A stretch of DNA of 59,326 nt from Acidimicrobiia bacterium (GTDB taxonomy: Bacteria > Actinomycetota > Acidimicrobiia > Acidimicrobiales > Aldehydirespiratoraceae): contig JAUIML010000002.1 in NCBI GenBank assembly GCA_030432715.1, positions 1 to 59,326 of the forward strand. The letters run 5' to 3'. Positions 10,001 to 17,732 of this stretch are shown piece by piece. Under the pieces are notes generated by a model. The model was not told the DNA's origin. It made no database searches and saw only the letters and a list, made by a program, of their open reading frames with translations. The position numbers were made by a program, and so were the translations under genes. Position 1 is the first letter of the stretch, and every line of letters starts with the position of its first letter.

Positions 10001-13000
10001 AGCGTGTCGACGACCGTGAGGTCGTGGGCCGGGCCGTCGCCGTTGTTGGTGACGGTCACGGTGAAGCGATGGGTCGCCCCGACTTCGGTGTCGCAGACAT
10101 CGGCGTCGGGCGTCGCCTCACAGGCCGTCGGGCCCGGATCGAGGACCTGGACGTCCTTGTCGATCACCACCAGGGGTTCGATCACGTCGATCGTCTCGGC
10201 TTCGGGGCCGACGGTCTCGTCCCACACCTCTCCGTCGAGGTCGGTGACCTCGTCGGGGTCGGATCCGATCTCGTCGGTCTCGTGCCAGACCACCGAGGCG
10301 GCGTTGTCGCCACTCGAGGCCGTGGTGGCGGCGGTGTCGACATGGGTCGAGTAGGGCAGCGTGATCCGGCACTCGGCGCCGTCGGCGAAGACGTCGCCCA
10401 GGAACCAGCCGGCCGTCTGCCCGTCGGGAGTGAGGGCGATCACGTCGCCGGGGACGAGCGCTCCTCCACCGACCCGTTCGCACTCGGGACCACTGATGGT
10501 CGGGGTGCCGTAGGAGTCGAACTCGAGGAACGACGGGAGCGCGTCGAACACCGCCATGTCGAAGGCGCGGTTGTCGACGGGCACCGCGACGGTCACCTCG
10601 AAGTCAACCGCTTCCCCGACCGCGTAACTCGTGGTGTCGGTGTCGCTCAGATCGAACGGATCGCCGTCGAAGGGGGCGACGTCCTTGGCCAGGGTGGCCA
10701 GGGGCAGCTCCACCGTGTCGGTGTCGGTGTCGGAGTACGTGGTGCGTTCGTTGGCCGCCGGCCCGTCGGCGGCCCGGCTCTCTGCCGTCACCTCCGCGGT
10801 GTTGGTGAGCTGCGTGCTCGCGACAGCCGGGTTGTCGATCGTCACCGTGTAGCTGAGGGTGATCGAATCGCCGACCTCCAGGGCCGCCAGCGCCGCCACT
10901 TCGGCCTGGGTCCAGGTGATCGTTCCTTCTGCGCTGGCCGGCACGCCACTGGCGAAGACACCACCGTCGGGGTTGTCGGCGGGCACGCCCGACGCGAACG
11001 AGACACCCTCGGGCAACACGTCGGTGACGACGAGATCGTAGGCCGCGGAGGTCCGCCCCGAACCGAGGTCGGGATTGGTGACCACCAGCGAGTAGGTGAC
11101 CGAGTCGCCCGGGGCGACGTTGCTGATGCCATCGGCCGGAGTGTCGGTGTCGGTGCCGTCGTCGGACTTCGCGATGGTCGGGTTGGGCTCGTTCACCCAG
11201 GTCGTGATCCGGGGCGACGACGCCGTGGGGGCCGCGGTGCCGCCGCTGGTGTCCCAGTCGACGTCGACGGTGTTGCGGATGGCGTCGCCCACGTCGACCC
11301 CGGGGGCGTCGTCGACGACCACGGTGAAGGTGAGTGACACGAGATCGTCGAGGCTGCCGACCGCGTTGTCCCAGGTGGGCGGGAAGGTGACGGTCACGTC
11401 GTCGGCGGCAACGTCCACGAGCAGGTCACCAGCGTGCTCGGTCGTCGAGCCGTCGACGTCGAAGTAGGCATCGGTGGCCGACGAGATGGTGAGGGGAATG
11501 GTGGTCGCGCCGTTGTCGAGACTCAGCCCGCCGGCGTCGAAACTCACGAAGTCGATCTCGCTGTCGAGATCGTCGGTGATGACGGCGTCGTAGAGGTCGA
11601 CCCCTTCGGGGATCGTCACGTCGAACGTGTAGGTGACCGTCTCGCCGATGGTCGCCTCCTGGGCGCTCGCCGAGGCGGGCGCGTTGGTGTCGTTGGTGCC
11701 GCCGCCGTCGTCGTCGCTCGAGGTCTGCACCTTCACCACAGCGAGGTCGGGCACCGTGACCGTCGCCTGGTCCCTGGCCGCCGTGGCGTTCTCCGACGGC
11801 TCGTTCGCCTCGTCGATGTTGTCCGCAGGCACATAGGTCGGGGTCGACCCGGCATTGCCGGTGCTCCCGGTGTAGTCGCGGACGCCGGCGTCGTTGACCA
11901 GGTCGACACCGGCGACCACGGTGACCGGCAGGGTGATGGAGTACGACAGGGTGGTCGTCTCCTGCGGCGCCAGGTCGACGATCGTCATGGTCAGCACGCT
12001 GCGGCCGTCGGTGGCCTGCCCGCCGAGCGGGTAGCCGACATCGCCGTCGTCGAGACACGTGACCGTCTCACCCGTGCTGAGCGTGGGCGCCGTCGTGACG
12101 TCGGCACACTCGATGTCGATCGGCAGGATGTCCCACGTGCGCACGCCGAACGCGGTGGCGTAGAGGTCCTCGGCGCCGGTGGCGCCCGACTCGAAGTCGT
12201 TGGTGATGTCGACCTCGTAGTCGAACACGTCGAGCTGCACGCCGGTCTCGGCACCGTCGTCGGTGGTATCGCCCGCGGGTGCGTTGCGCTTGTCGAGCAC
12301 GACATGGGGTTCCACGTGGGGATAGCCCGCCTGGTCGCGGCTCGAGAAGGTGACCCCACCACTGTTGTCGTTGTTCTGCAGCGTCAGCTTGGCGAGATTG
12401 TCGATGATGTCGACACCGGTGACGTCACGCGGATCGTCGGACAGCCGCACCGAGAAGATCACTTCGAACCGGTCGGCGGAGTTGTCGACATAGAGGTCGG
12501 AGCCCCCGCCGGGGATGGTGGTCCCGAGCGTCCAGCTCAACGCCTCGTCGGTCGCGCCGCTCGGCGCGGTACCGGGTCCGGCCTCGAAGTCGTAGACCTC
12601 GTCGATGACGGCGTCGTTGACGGTGAACACCTGACCCGTGTCGGTGTCGTCGCCCCAGAAGGCCTCGAACACCGAATCCGGCGGGATGAAGTCGGACACC
12701 ACCGGGTTGCGGAAGTGCAGGTCGCCGAGGAACTCGACGACGATCCGGTAGCAGACGCGATCGCCGGGCCGGTAGGCCCAGTCCGCCTCGTCGGGGGTGG
12801 GCGGAGTGTCCGTCGTGAACGTGGCCGAGTCGCAGTCGAGGAGCACACCCGGTGCCGTCGGTTGAGAGACGCTCTTGTCGATCACGACGACGCCGGACGC
12901 CTGCCCGGCCGAGGACGCGTCCGCTGTGGTCTCGGTGACCCGGTCGAGGTCGACGGCACCGTCCATGATCGGACTGGTGGTCGCAGTGATGTCGACATCG

Positions 13001-14697
13001 TTGGTGAAGGCATCGGCGCCGACAACCGGGGTGTCGTCGTCGAACGCTTCCTGATAGTCGACCCGGACGCGCGACGTGAAGGTGATCTCGTAGTCGTCGT
13101 TGGTCGTGAGGTCGGGAACGGTCGACCACACGAGGGTCCACGACCCGTCGGTGTCCTCGGTGACGACGTCGGGATCGTCGACGACACCGTCGACCGTGGG
13201 CGACGGCAGTCCGCCGGGCTGCAAACACTCGGTGCCGATCGGGGCGATGGTCTCGGGATTGCCCGTCGAGAGGATCGGGCACTGGCCGTCGGGCAGGGAG
13301 TCGGTCACGACGACCCCGGTCGCATCGCGGTACTCGCCGGTCTCGACGACCAGCGTCCAACCGGGCAGCTCGGTCTGGGTGAACACGCCATCGTCGACCG
13401 ACTTGTGGATCGACAGGTCCTCGGCCGTGACCGCCCAGGAGTCCTCGGCCGACGACGTGAGGTCGTCGATCCCCGGGTTGTAGTTGCCGGTCGCCCGCGA
13501 CCAGTTCCGCAGGGTCTGCTCGTCGGTGGTGAGCGGGCCGTTGTTGTTGTCGAGATCGGCCGTGTCGTCGCCGATGTCGACATGGCCGACCGCGAAGGAC
13601 GTGGTGTTCTCGCGGAGGGGGACGCCGGCCGCATACATCAGCTCGAAGCGATCGCTCGGCGCCATCGTGCCGATCGTGGCGCTCAGATCCCAGACGACAT
13701 GGGTGTAGACCCCGGCAGCCTGACCGGGGAACTGCTCGTCGGCGGCGAGCGTCACCGTCTCGACCGTCGTCGGCGTCTCACAGGTGGCGGCCACACCGTT
13801 GCTCGTCGGGTCGGTCGGGCTCACCCCGACACCGAGCGCTCCGGCGCCTGCGTACTCCTCGGTCCCGGTCGCCGACGCGTTGGTGACCGGCACGGCATCG
13901 GTGTTGTCGACGGCTCCGCAACCCAGGAACTCGAGGCCGGCCGGGAGGTAGTCCTCGACCACGATCGAGTCGGTCGGGTCGACGAGGTTGTTGTCGACCG
14001 TCAGGCTGTAGGTGGTCCATTCCGTGTGGACGCCCCGCAACAGTTCACGTTCGGCGTTCGGCTCGAACTTCTCGATGTCGATCGCCTCGATCCGGGTGAC
14101 GATGCTCGCGGTGTCGAAGGCCGAGGTGTCGCCGTTGTCGACATGGGCGCCTGTGGCGTCGAAGTCGGGGATCTGGCGGACGTCGCCGGACATGTAGGCG
14201 CCGCCCGAGTTCGTGACCGTCGAGCCCACCGCGAACGACGCCTCGGTGAGGTCGACGGTGACGGTGATCGACTGTGACACGCCGGACTGGAGGTCGGCCA
14301 CGTTCTCGAACAGCAGGGTGGTCTGCCCCGCCGCGGGTTCGTCGGGGAAGACGGTGGGGTTGCCCGCGCTCGACGACACGAAGGTCGCGCCGGGCGGGAG
14401 CACTTCGCGGAACGTGAGGTTGTAGCCGTCGGCCCCGGTTCCGTTGTTGGTCGCGGTCAGGGTGTAGGTCACGTCCTCGCCGTAGAGGATCGTGGCCGGC
14501 CCGGACTTGGTGAAATCGAGCGACGCGTCGTTGGCCGCCGCTGCGGGTTCGGGCGACGCGACGAGGTCCACGACGGTGAGGCTGGTGGCGAGCAGGGCTG
14601 CGAGGCTCAGCAGGGCGAGCGGGCGGCGGGGGAAGCGGCGAATCACAGAGCGACGGTAGCAGCGCCCCACCATGCATCCGGGAACCCCGCGGAGCAC
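7090..14697 (-). CDS. Giant (about 2535 aa) cell-wall-anchored surface protein/adhesin with DUF11-type and SdrD-B/Cna-B-type repeats and an LAxTG sorting signal
   Basis: Signal-like N-terminus RRFPRRPLALLSLAALLATSLTVVDLVASPEPAAAA. DUF11-like repeats include TVTNNGPAVSEGTITVTDEVPAGL, LVVTNFGPSPTNDTITVTDDLPDGL and VTVTNDDSGIAVDTATDVTITDVLPAGV. Cna-B-like modules include NRIWFDVDDDGEQDAGEPGIAGIDVTV and GDLVWVDDDADGVQDGGELPIDGVDVIV. The start is uncertain (14697, 14673 or GTG 14646). Confidence 0.9.
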   Translation of the reverse strand: MLRGVPGCMVGRCYRRSVIRRFPRRPLALLSLAALLATSLTVVDLVASPEPAAAANDASLDFTKSGPATILYGEDVTYTLTATNNGTGADGYNLTFREVLPPGATFVSSSAGNPTVFPDEPAAGQTTLLFENVADLQSGVSQSITVTVDLTEASFAVGSTVTNSGGAYMSGDVRQIPDFDATGAHVDNGDTSAFDTASIVTRIEAIDIEKFEPNAERELLRGVHTEWTTYSLTVDNNLVDPTDSIVVEDYLPAGLEFLGCGAVDNTDAVPVTNASATGTEEYAGAGALGVGVSPTDPTSNGVAATCETPTTVETVTLAADEQFPGQAAGVYTHVVWDLSATIGTMAPSDRFELMYAAGVPLRENTTSFAVGHVDIGDDTADLDNNNGPLTTDEQTLRNWSRATGNYNPGIDDLTSSAEDSWAVTAEDLSIHKSVDDGVFTQTELPGWTLVVETGEYRDATGVVVTDSLPDGQCPILSTGNPETIAPIGTECLQPGGLPSPTVDGVVDDPDVVTEDTDGSWTLVWSTVPDLTTNDDYEITFTSRVRVDYQEAFDDDTPVVGADAFTNDVDITATTSPIMDGAVDLDRVTETTADASSAGQASGVVVIDKSVSQPTAPGVLLDCDSATFTTDTPPTPDEADWAYRPGDRVCYRIVVEFLGDLHFRNPVVSDFIPPDSVFEAFWGDDTDTGQVFTVNDAVIDEVYDFEAGPGTAPSGATDEALSWTLGTTIPGGGSDLYVDNSADRFEVIFSVRLSDDPRDVTGVDIIDNLAKLTLQNNDNSGGVTFSSRDQAGYPHVEPHVVLDKRNAPAGDTTDDGAETGVQLDVFDYEVDITNDFESGATGAEDLYATAFGVRTWDILPIDIECADVTTAPTLSTGETVTCLDDGDVGYPLGGQATDGRSVLTMTIVDLAPQETTTLSYSITLPVTVVAGVDLVNDAGVRDYTGSTGNAGSTPTYVPADNIDEANEPSENATAARDQATVTVPDLAVVKVQTSSDDDGGGTNDTNAPASASAQEATIGETVTYTFDVTIPEGVDLYDAVITDDLDSEIDFVSFDAGGLSLDNGATTIPLTISSATDAYFDVDGSTTEHAGDLLVDVAADDVTVTFPPTWDNAVGSLDDLVSLTFTVVVDDAPGVDVGDAIRNTVDVDWDTSGGTAAPTASSPRITTWVNEPNPTIAKSDDGTDTDTPADGISNVAPGDSVTYSLVVTNPDLGSGRTSAAYDLVVTDVLPEGVSFASGVPADNPDGGVFASGVPASAEGTITWTQAEVAALAALEVGDSITLSYTVTIDNPAVASTQLTNTAEVTAESRAADGPAANERTTYSDTDTDTVELPLATLAKDVAPFDGDPFDLSDTDTTSYAVGEAVDFEVTVAVPVDNRAFDMAVFDALPSFLEFDSYGTPTISGPECERVGGGALVPGDVIALTPDGQTAGWFLGDVFADGAECRITLPYSTHVDTAATTASSGDNAASVVWHETDEIGSDPDEVTDLDGEVWDETVGPEAETIDVIEPLVVIDKDVQVLDPGPTACEATPDADVCDTEVGATHRFTVTVTNNGDGPAHDLTVVDTLPAEAAGDPSNIIGTPAPVFDGAGPRTLTWTVAGPLAAAGGSVTFTYDVVIGPSADLADDQDLVNTADVPSYWGLSTADRAAAPDGTDVPEYGDSRNPVTADVNTLTVGFPDLVIQKTPAAGMDATDARVGEDFRWRLEVFNDGPVSAFDIDVDDVLPTGWLYQPGSAEIDTGSGFGALGDPAGGAAGPLVWTDVVGELDAGDSFVIEFDVQPQASLLTTATTGSFDHVNDSGVTGDDATGESSNETGSYGDDNGAPDGVHGSDDAVARIRRIDLTIDKTIVESAPYFFGDFVTYRVTVTNDDSGIAVDTATDVTITDVLPAGVVFDSASSANGAYDDTTDVWTLASPLASGASATLDIVVRINSSTTIVNIAEVESAGQWDIDSTPGNHDDGVGPDEDDNDSASLTPTNADLGNRIWFDVDDDGEQDAGEPGIAGIDVTVSWLDPGDGSTRSITTTTNEEGEYAFTGLPQDIPLTVTVDTDDLPPGLRQTFELVDTPDITDTQANNAEPGVMDGIVASITLTGVNPSYLDVDFGYTGTGSIGDLVWVDDDADGVQDGGELPIDGVDVIVRFAGFDGVLGDDPATPGVDESLDDVEYRTTTAGGGLYGVGNLPPGDYTVSLDPTTLAPDLGPTYDLDGGRDRTTEVTLGAGEDRDDVDFGERREADIAIDKSSTGPFAVGGEGVWTLTVTNNGPAVSEGTITVTDEVPAGLTPTALLAEDWSCVVAGQTFTCDLTTGPLAVGASSTLELTVDVGAEAAPGVTNTAEVTVTGGLPDTVPENDTDTDEVDVPLALLDIEKSVDGELVSGQDVDWTLVVTNFGPSPTNDTITVTDDLPDGLTYVGAASDDFDCNAVGQLVTCTTDDVLAVDASTTIVLTTTVTGAEGQSIVNVGTVEGGNTVGGNPIPSEVIDEITAPDDDITRTTETPAQSILAITGTDIARLLGWAVVLLLLGAALVLVARRSRPPGPLPT
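7093..7212 (-). other. C-terminal sorting signal: LAITG, hydrophobic segment, then RRSR tail
   Basis: LAITG is encoded at 7198-7212. It is followed by TDIARLLGWAVVLLLLGAALVLVARRSRPPGPLPT. LAxTG is the motif used by class E sortases of Actinobacteria. Confidence 0.8.
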
Positions 14698-14712
14698 CGC
14701 GCGACCTCGACC

Positions 14713-14723
14713 GAACAGTGTTC
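14713..14723. promoter_or_regulatory. Perfect palindrome GAACAGTGTTC in the 46-nt gap between the LLM stop and the giant gene start
   Basis: Read directly. Its reverse complement shares the 10-mer TGAACACTGT with 17061-17070, upstream of the nearby TetR gene. Confidence 0.3.
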
Positions 14724-14743
14724 AGAAGGATCGTTCGGAAGGG

Positions 14744-15697
14744 TCAGGGGAGCGACGAGAGCACCGGGGCGAAGGCGGCGATCTTCTCGGGCGTCGGGCA
14801 CCGCACCACGTAGGTGGTGATGCCCCAACGCTCGTGGCCGGCGCGGAAGTGCGCGGCGATCTCGTCGACCGTACCGATGGCCATGTAGGGCGTGGCCGCA
14901 GCGATCTCCTCGGTGATACCGCTCTCGTCGTCGATCTGCTCGGCCAACACTCCCGCACGATCGTCGGTCACCTCGCAGACCTGCACCAGCGCACTGAAGT
15001 CGATCGAGCGGTCATGCACGGCCGCTCCCTCCCGGACCTGCGCAACCTGTTCGTCCAACCGGTCCAGTGCCCAACTCACCGTGTGCCGATGACCGTCCGG
15101 GAGGGTCCGACCCAGGCCCATGAGCCCGACGCCGTCGGCATGGGCTCCGATGTGGCGCAGCATCGCCGCGCCCTGACTTCCCACCAGGATCGGCATCCGC
15201 TCCTGCAGGGCACGGGTCACCGTGGCGCCTTCGACCCTATAGTGCTCGCCCGCGAAGTCGACCGTCTCACCGTCGAGCAGGGGCCGGATGATCTCGACCG
15301 CCTCGCGCAGGCGAGCCTTGCGCACCGCCGGCGGGTCGAAGGAGATACCGACCTCGGTGTACTCGTGCCTCGAGTGTCCGGCCCCGAGACCCAACTCGAA
15401 CCGGCCACCCGAAACCCGGTCGAGCGTCGCGGCCTCCCACGCCAGCTGCACCGGATGACGCATGTCGTTGTTGAGCACATACGTGCCCAGCCGGATGCGG
15501 TCGGTCGCCATCGCCATCGCGGTGAGGTTCACCAGCGGCGCGTGCCGGTGCTCGCCGATGTGATCCGCGACCAGGACCAGGTCGAAGCCGGCCGCCTCGG
15601 CCGCCCGGGCCGAGCCGACCGGATCGAGCACCTGCTCACCGACCAGCTGGAGGCCGACGCGGATCGCACCGCCGCCGGTGTGACGAGTGTCTGACAC
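14744..15697 (-). CDS. LLM-class F420-dependent oxidoreductase
   Basis: 317-aa ORF. IRVGLQLVGEQVLDPVGSARAAEAAGFDLVLVADHIGEHRHAPLVNLTAMAMATDRIRLGTYVLNNDMRHPVQLAWEAATLDRVSGGRFELGLGAGH. The GTG start lies inside repeat copy B. Confidence 0.8.
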   Translation of the reverse strand: MSDTRHTGGGAIRVGLQLVGEQVLDPVGSARAAEAAGFDLVLVADHIGEHRHAPLVNLTAMAMATDRIRLGTYVLNNDMRHPVQLAWEAATLDRVSGGRFELGLGAGHSRHEYTEVGISFDPPAVRKARLREAVEIIRPLLDGETVDFAGEHYRVEGATVTRALQERMPILVGSQGAAMLRHIGAHADGVGLMGLGRTLPDGHRHTVSWALDRLDEQVAQVREGAAVHDRSIDFSALVQVCEVTDDRAGVLAEQIDDESGITEEIAAATPYMAIGTVDEIAAHFRAGHERWGITTYVVRCPTPEKIAAFAPVLSSLP

Positions 15698-15710
15698 CGG
15701 TGTGACGGGT
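15675..15710 (+). repeat. Intergenic repeat element, copy B (CCGGTGTGACGAGTGTCTGACACCGGTGTGACGGGT)
   Basis: Equals copy A minus a 3-nt indel and minus the 28-nt hairpin insert. It contains the core twice at a 22-nt period (15675 and 15697). It also holds the 7-bp inverted repeat CCGGTGT...ACACCGG. Confidence 0.8.
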
Positions 15711-16999
15711 TACTCGGGCCAGTCGATGTTGTAGTCGTCGAACCAGAAGCGGGCTTCGCGGATGGCGTTCTCCGGGGTGCGCAGCGAGATGTCCTGGTTG
15801 AGCTGTTCGGGGGTGGGGCCGATGTCGGCCGCGATCTTGGTGAGGCCGTCGACGTCGAGGTCGTAGCAGCGCACCGCGTTGAGCCCCAGCAGCAGACGGG
15901 TCTCCTCGACGGGGATCTGCTGGAAGTCGGTCTCGAGCCGCTCGACTGTGTTGGGCCACGAACCCTCGGGATGCGGATAGTCGGTACCCCACATGAGGGC
16001 GTCGACGCCGTTGACATAGCGGCGCCGGAGCTCGACCTTGCTCATGGTCGAGGCACCGATGAACACGTTGGTACCGATGTACTCCGACGGCAGCTTCTGG
16101 ATTAGGTTCTTGGTCCGCGAGGCCATCTTCTTGACCTTCCAGTTCTTGCCACCGAACACCGAGTCGGTCTTGAACAGCAGGTCGCCGAGCCACCACGAGC
16201 CGCACTCGACCGGCACGTACTTGAGGTTCGGGAACTTGTCGAACTTGCCCGAGAGCAGGAGCTGCCACAGGGGACGGTGGGTCCAGAAGGCGACCTCGAG
16301 CATGTACTGGGCCATGTTCTCGTTGTAGGCCGGGGTGTCGGCCTCACCCGAGTGGGTGTGAACGACAAGCCCCGCCTCGGCACACGCCGCCCAGACCGGG
16401 TCGTAGCTCTCGTGGCCGTACGACGGCTTGTCGTGCCACATGGTCGGGATCATGATCCCCTTGACGCCGGGCTTGCCCGCCAGCGCCTCGATCTCCTTGA
16501 CCGCCTCGTCGACACCGTGGGTGATCGGAACGAGGGCCACACCGGCCCGGCGGGGCGGGTTGGTTGCGCAGAACTCCTCGAGCCAGCGGTTGTGGGCCCG
16601 GGCCCCGGCCCACGCGAGCTTGGGGTCGGTGATGGCGCCGGCGGAGAGCCCGGCGCCGAACGGGGGTGACTCCATGCCGGTGACCGCGTCGCCGTCGGCG
16701 AAGATGATCTCGCCGGCGACACCGTCGGCGTCGAGGGTCTTGTCGCGGATCGCCGGGTCGTAGGCGCCCTTGAGGCCGATCTCGTTCTCCCGCTCCCACT
16801 GCTCGACGTATTCGCCGTTCATCTCCTCGACCATGGCGCGGTGTTCGTGGCGCGTGGCCAGCCACTCGTCGAACTCGGCGTGCACCGAGGAGTCGAGATA
16901 CTCCCGATAGTCCTCGACGAACAGACCGGCATGCGTGTCGGACGACACGATGATGTAGGGGTTGTTGCTCTGGTCGATGCCTTCGAGCGGGTTCGGCAT
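15710..16999 (-). CDS. Amidohydrolase-2 family (ACMSD-like metal-dependent hydrolase/decarboxylase)
   Basis: Track ORF 15710-17233, trimmed to ATG 16997-16999, which is preceded by AAGGA. MPNPLEGIDQSNNPYIIVSSDTHAG...VVHTHSGE...MWGTDYPHPEGSWPN. Confidence 0.75.
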   Translation of the reverse strand: MPNPLEGIDQSNNPYIIVSSDTHAGLFVEDYREYLDSSVHAEFDEWLATRHEHRAMVEEMNGEYVEQWERENEIGLKGAYDPAIRDKTLDADGVAGEIIFADGDAVTGMESPPFGAGLSAGAITDPKLAWAGARAHNRWLEEFCATNPPRRAGVALVPITHGVDEAVKEIEALAGKPGVKGIMIPTMWHDKPSYGHESYDPVWAACAEAGLVVHTHSGEADTPAYNENMAQYMLEVAFWTHRPLWQLLLSGKFDKFPNLKYVPVECGSWWLGDLLFKTDSVFGGKNWKVKKMASRTKNLIQKLPSEYIGTNVFIGASTMSKVELRRRYVNGVDALMWGTDYPHPEGSWPNTVERLETDFQQIPVEETRLLLGLNAVRCYDLDVDGLTKIAADIGPTPEQLNQDISLRTPENAIREARFWFDDYNIDWPE

Positions 17000-17061
17000 G
17001 AGGAGTTCCTTCGTCGGTGGTTCGCTGCGCGCGCAGCCGTGAGCCGCTTGCGCGGGCACTT

Positions 17062-17078
17062 GAACACTGTCAAAGTTC
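17062..17078. promoter_or_regulatory. Imperfect palindrome GAACACTGTCAAAGTTC in the divergent amidohydrolase/TetR intergenic region (candidate TetR operator)
   Basis: Read directly: GAAC-N9-GTTC. A separate perfect GC palindrome, GCTGCGCGCGCAGC, lies at 17024-17037. Confidence 0.3.
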
Positions 17079-17084
17079 GCCGTT

Positions 17085-17732
17085 GTGGGCAAGCCCGTGA
17101 CCACCGGCCGCCGCGCCGGCCTCGATCGAGACGACATGGTCTGCGCGGCGCTCGCCCTCATCGAGCACGAGGGGCCGGCCGCACTCACCATGCGTCGACT
17201 CGCCGCCGCGCTCGACGTCACCACCACCACCATCTACTGGCACGTGGGAAGTCGCGACGAGTTGATCACCGAAGTGATCCGTCACCAGTCCGAACGGCAA
17301 GCGGGCCGGCCCATCACCGGCACGACGGCCAGGGAGCGGGTGATGTGCGCGGCCCGCCACGTGTGGGACAACGCCCTCGACAATCGAGCGATCACGTCGC
17401 TCGCCCATCAGACGGGCACCACCTCACTGCTCGAGCACCCGCTCGAGGTGGCGCTCGGGCGCGAGCTCGAATCCGCCGGGCTGACGGGCGAACCCGCAGC
17501 GCGGGCGTTGCGGGCGATCCTCAGCACCGTCGGCGGTCTCCTCGTGCTCGCGCTGCGCAACGAGTCCACCGTCCCCGAGGAACACCGGGCACCGGCCCTC
17601 TGGGCCGCGACCCACGGCGAGCTCGCCCCGGCCACGATCGCGGCGCTCACCCGACCCGGTGACTACGAGGACCTCTTCACGTCAACGGTGCAGGCCGTGA
17701 TCGACGCCCACGTCCCCGGTCCTCGCGACTAG
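17085..17732 (+). CDS. TetR/AcrR family transcriptional regulator
   Basis: HTH region DDMVCAALALIEHEGPAALTMRRLAAALDVTTTTIYWHVGSRDELI. Confidence 0.85.
   Translation: MGKPVTTGRRAGLDRDDMVCAALALIEHEGPAALTMRRLAAALDVTTTTIYWHVGSRDELITEVIRHQSERQAGRPITGTTARERVMCAARHVWDNALDNRAITSLAHQTGTTSLLEHPLEVALGRELESAGLTGEPAARALRAILSTVGGLLVLALRNESTVPEEHRAPALWAATHGELAPATIAALTRPGDYEDLFTSTVQAVIDAHVPGPRD

Noticed and set aside
4025-14277. Very long plus-strand ORFs 4025-6643 (872 aa), 7438-11337 (1299 aa) and 11434-14277 (947 aa)
   Set aside because: They lie antisense to the membrane protein and the giant adhesin. The translations are dominated by R/G/V/D/H repeats with no motifs. The minus-strand frames carry signal peptides, repeats and sorting signals.
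14698-14743. An ECF-type promoter (GGAAC-N16-17-CGTT-like) upstream of the giant adhesin gene and upstream of the sigma gene (7015-7089)
   Set aside because: Only loose GAAC and GTC-like fragments are present. The spacing and sequence are not convincing enough to call a promoter.
2463-15710. Interpreting the segment between the two long repeat copies as a mobile genomic island
   Set aside because: There is no integrase, recombinase, transposase, tRNA target or obvious composition shift. One repeat contains the start codon of a housekeeping-type gene. I kept it only as one of several hypotheses in the repeat finding.
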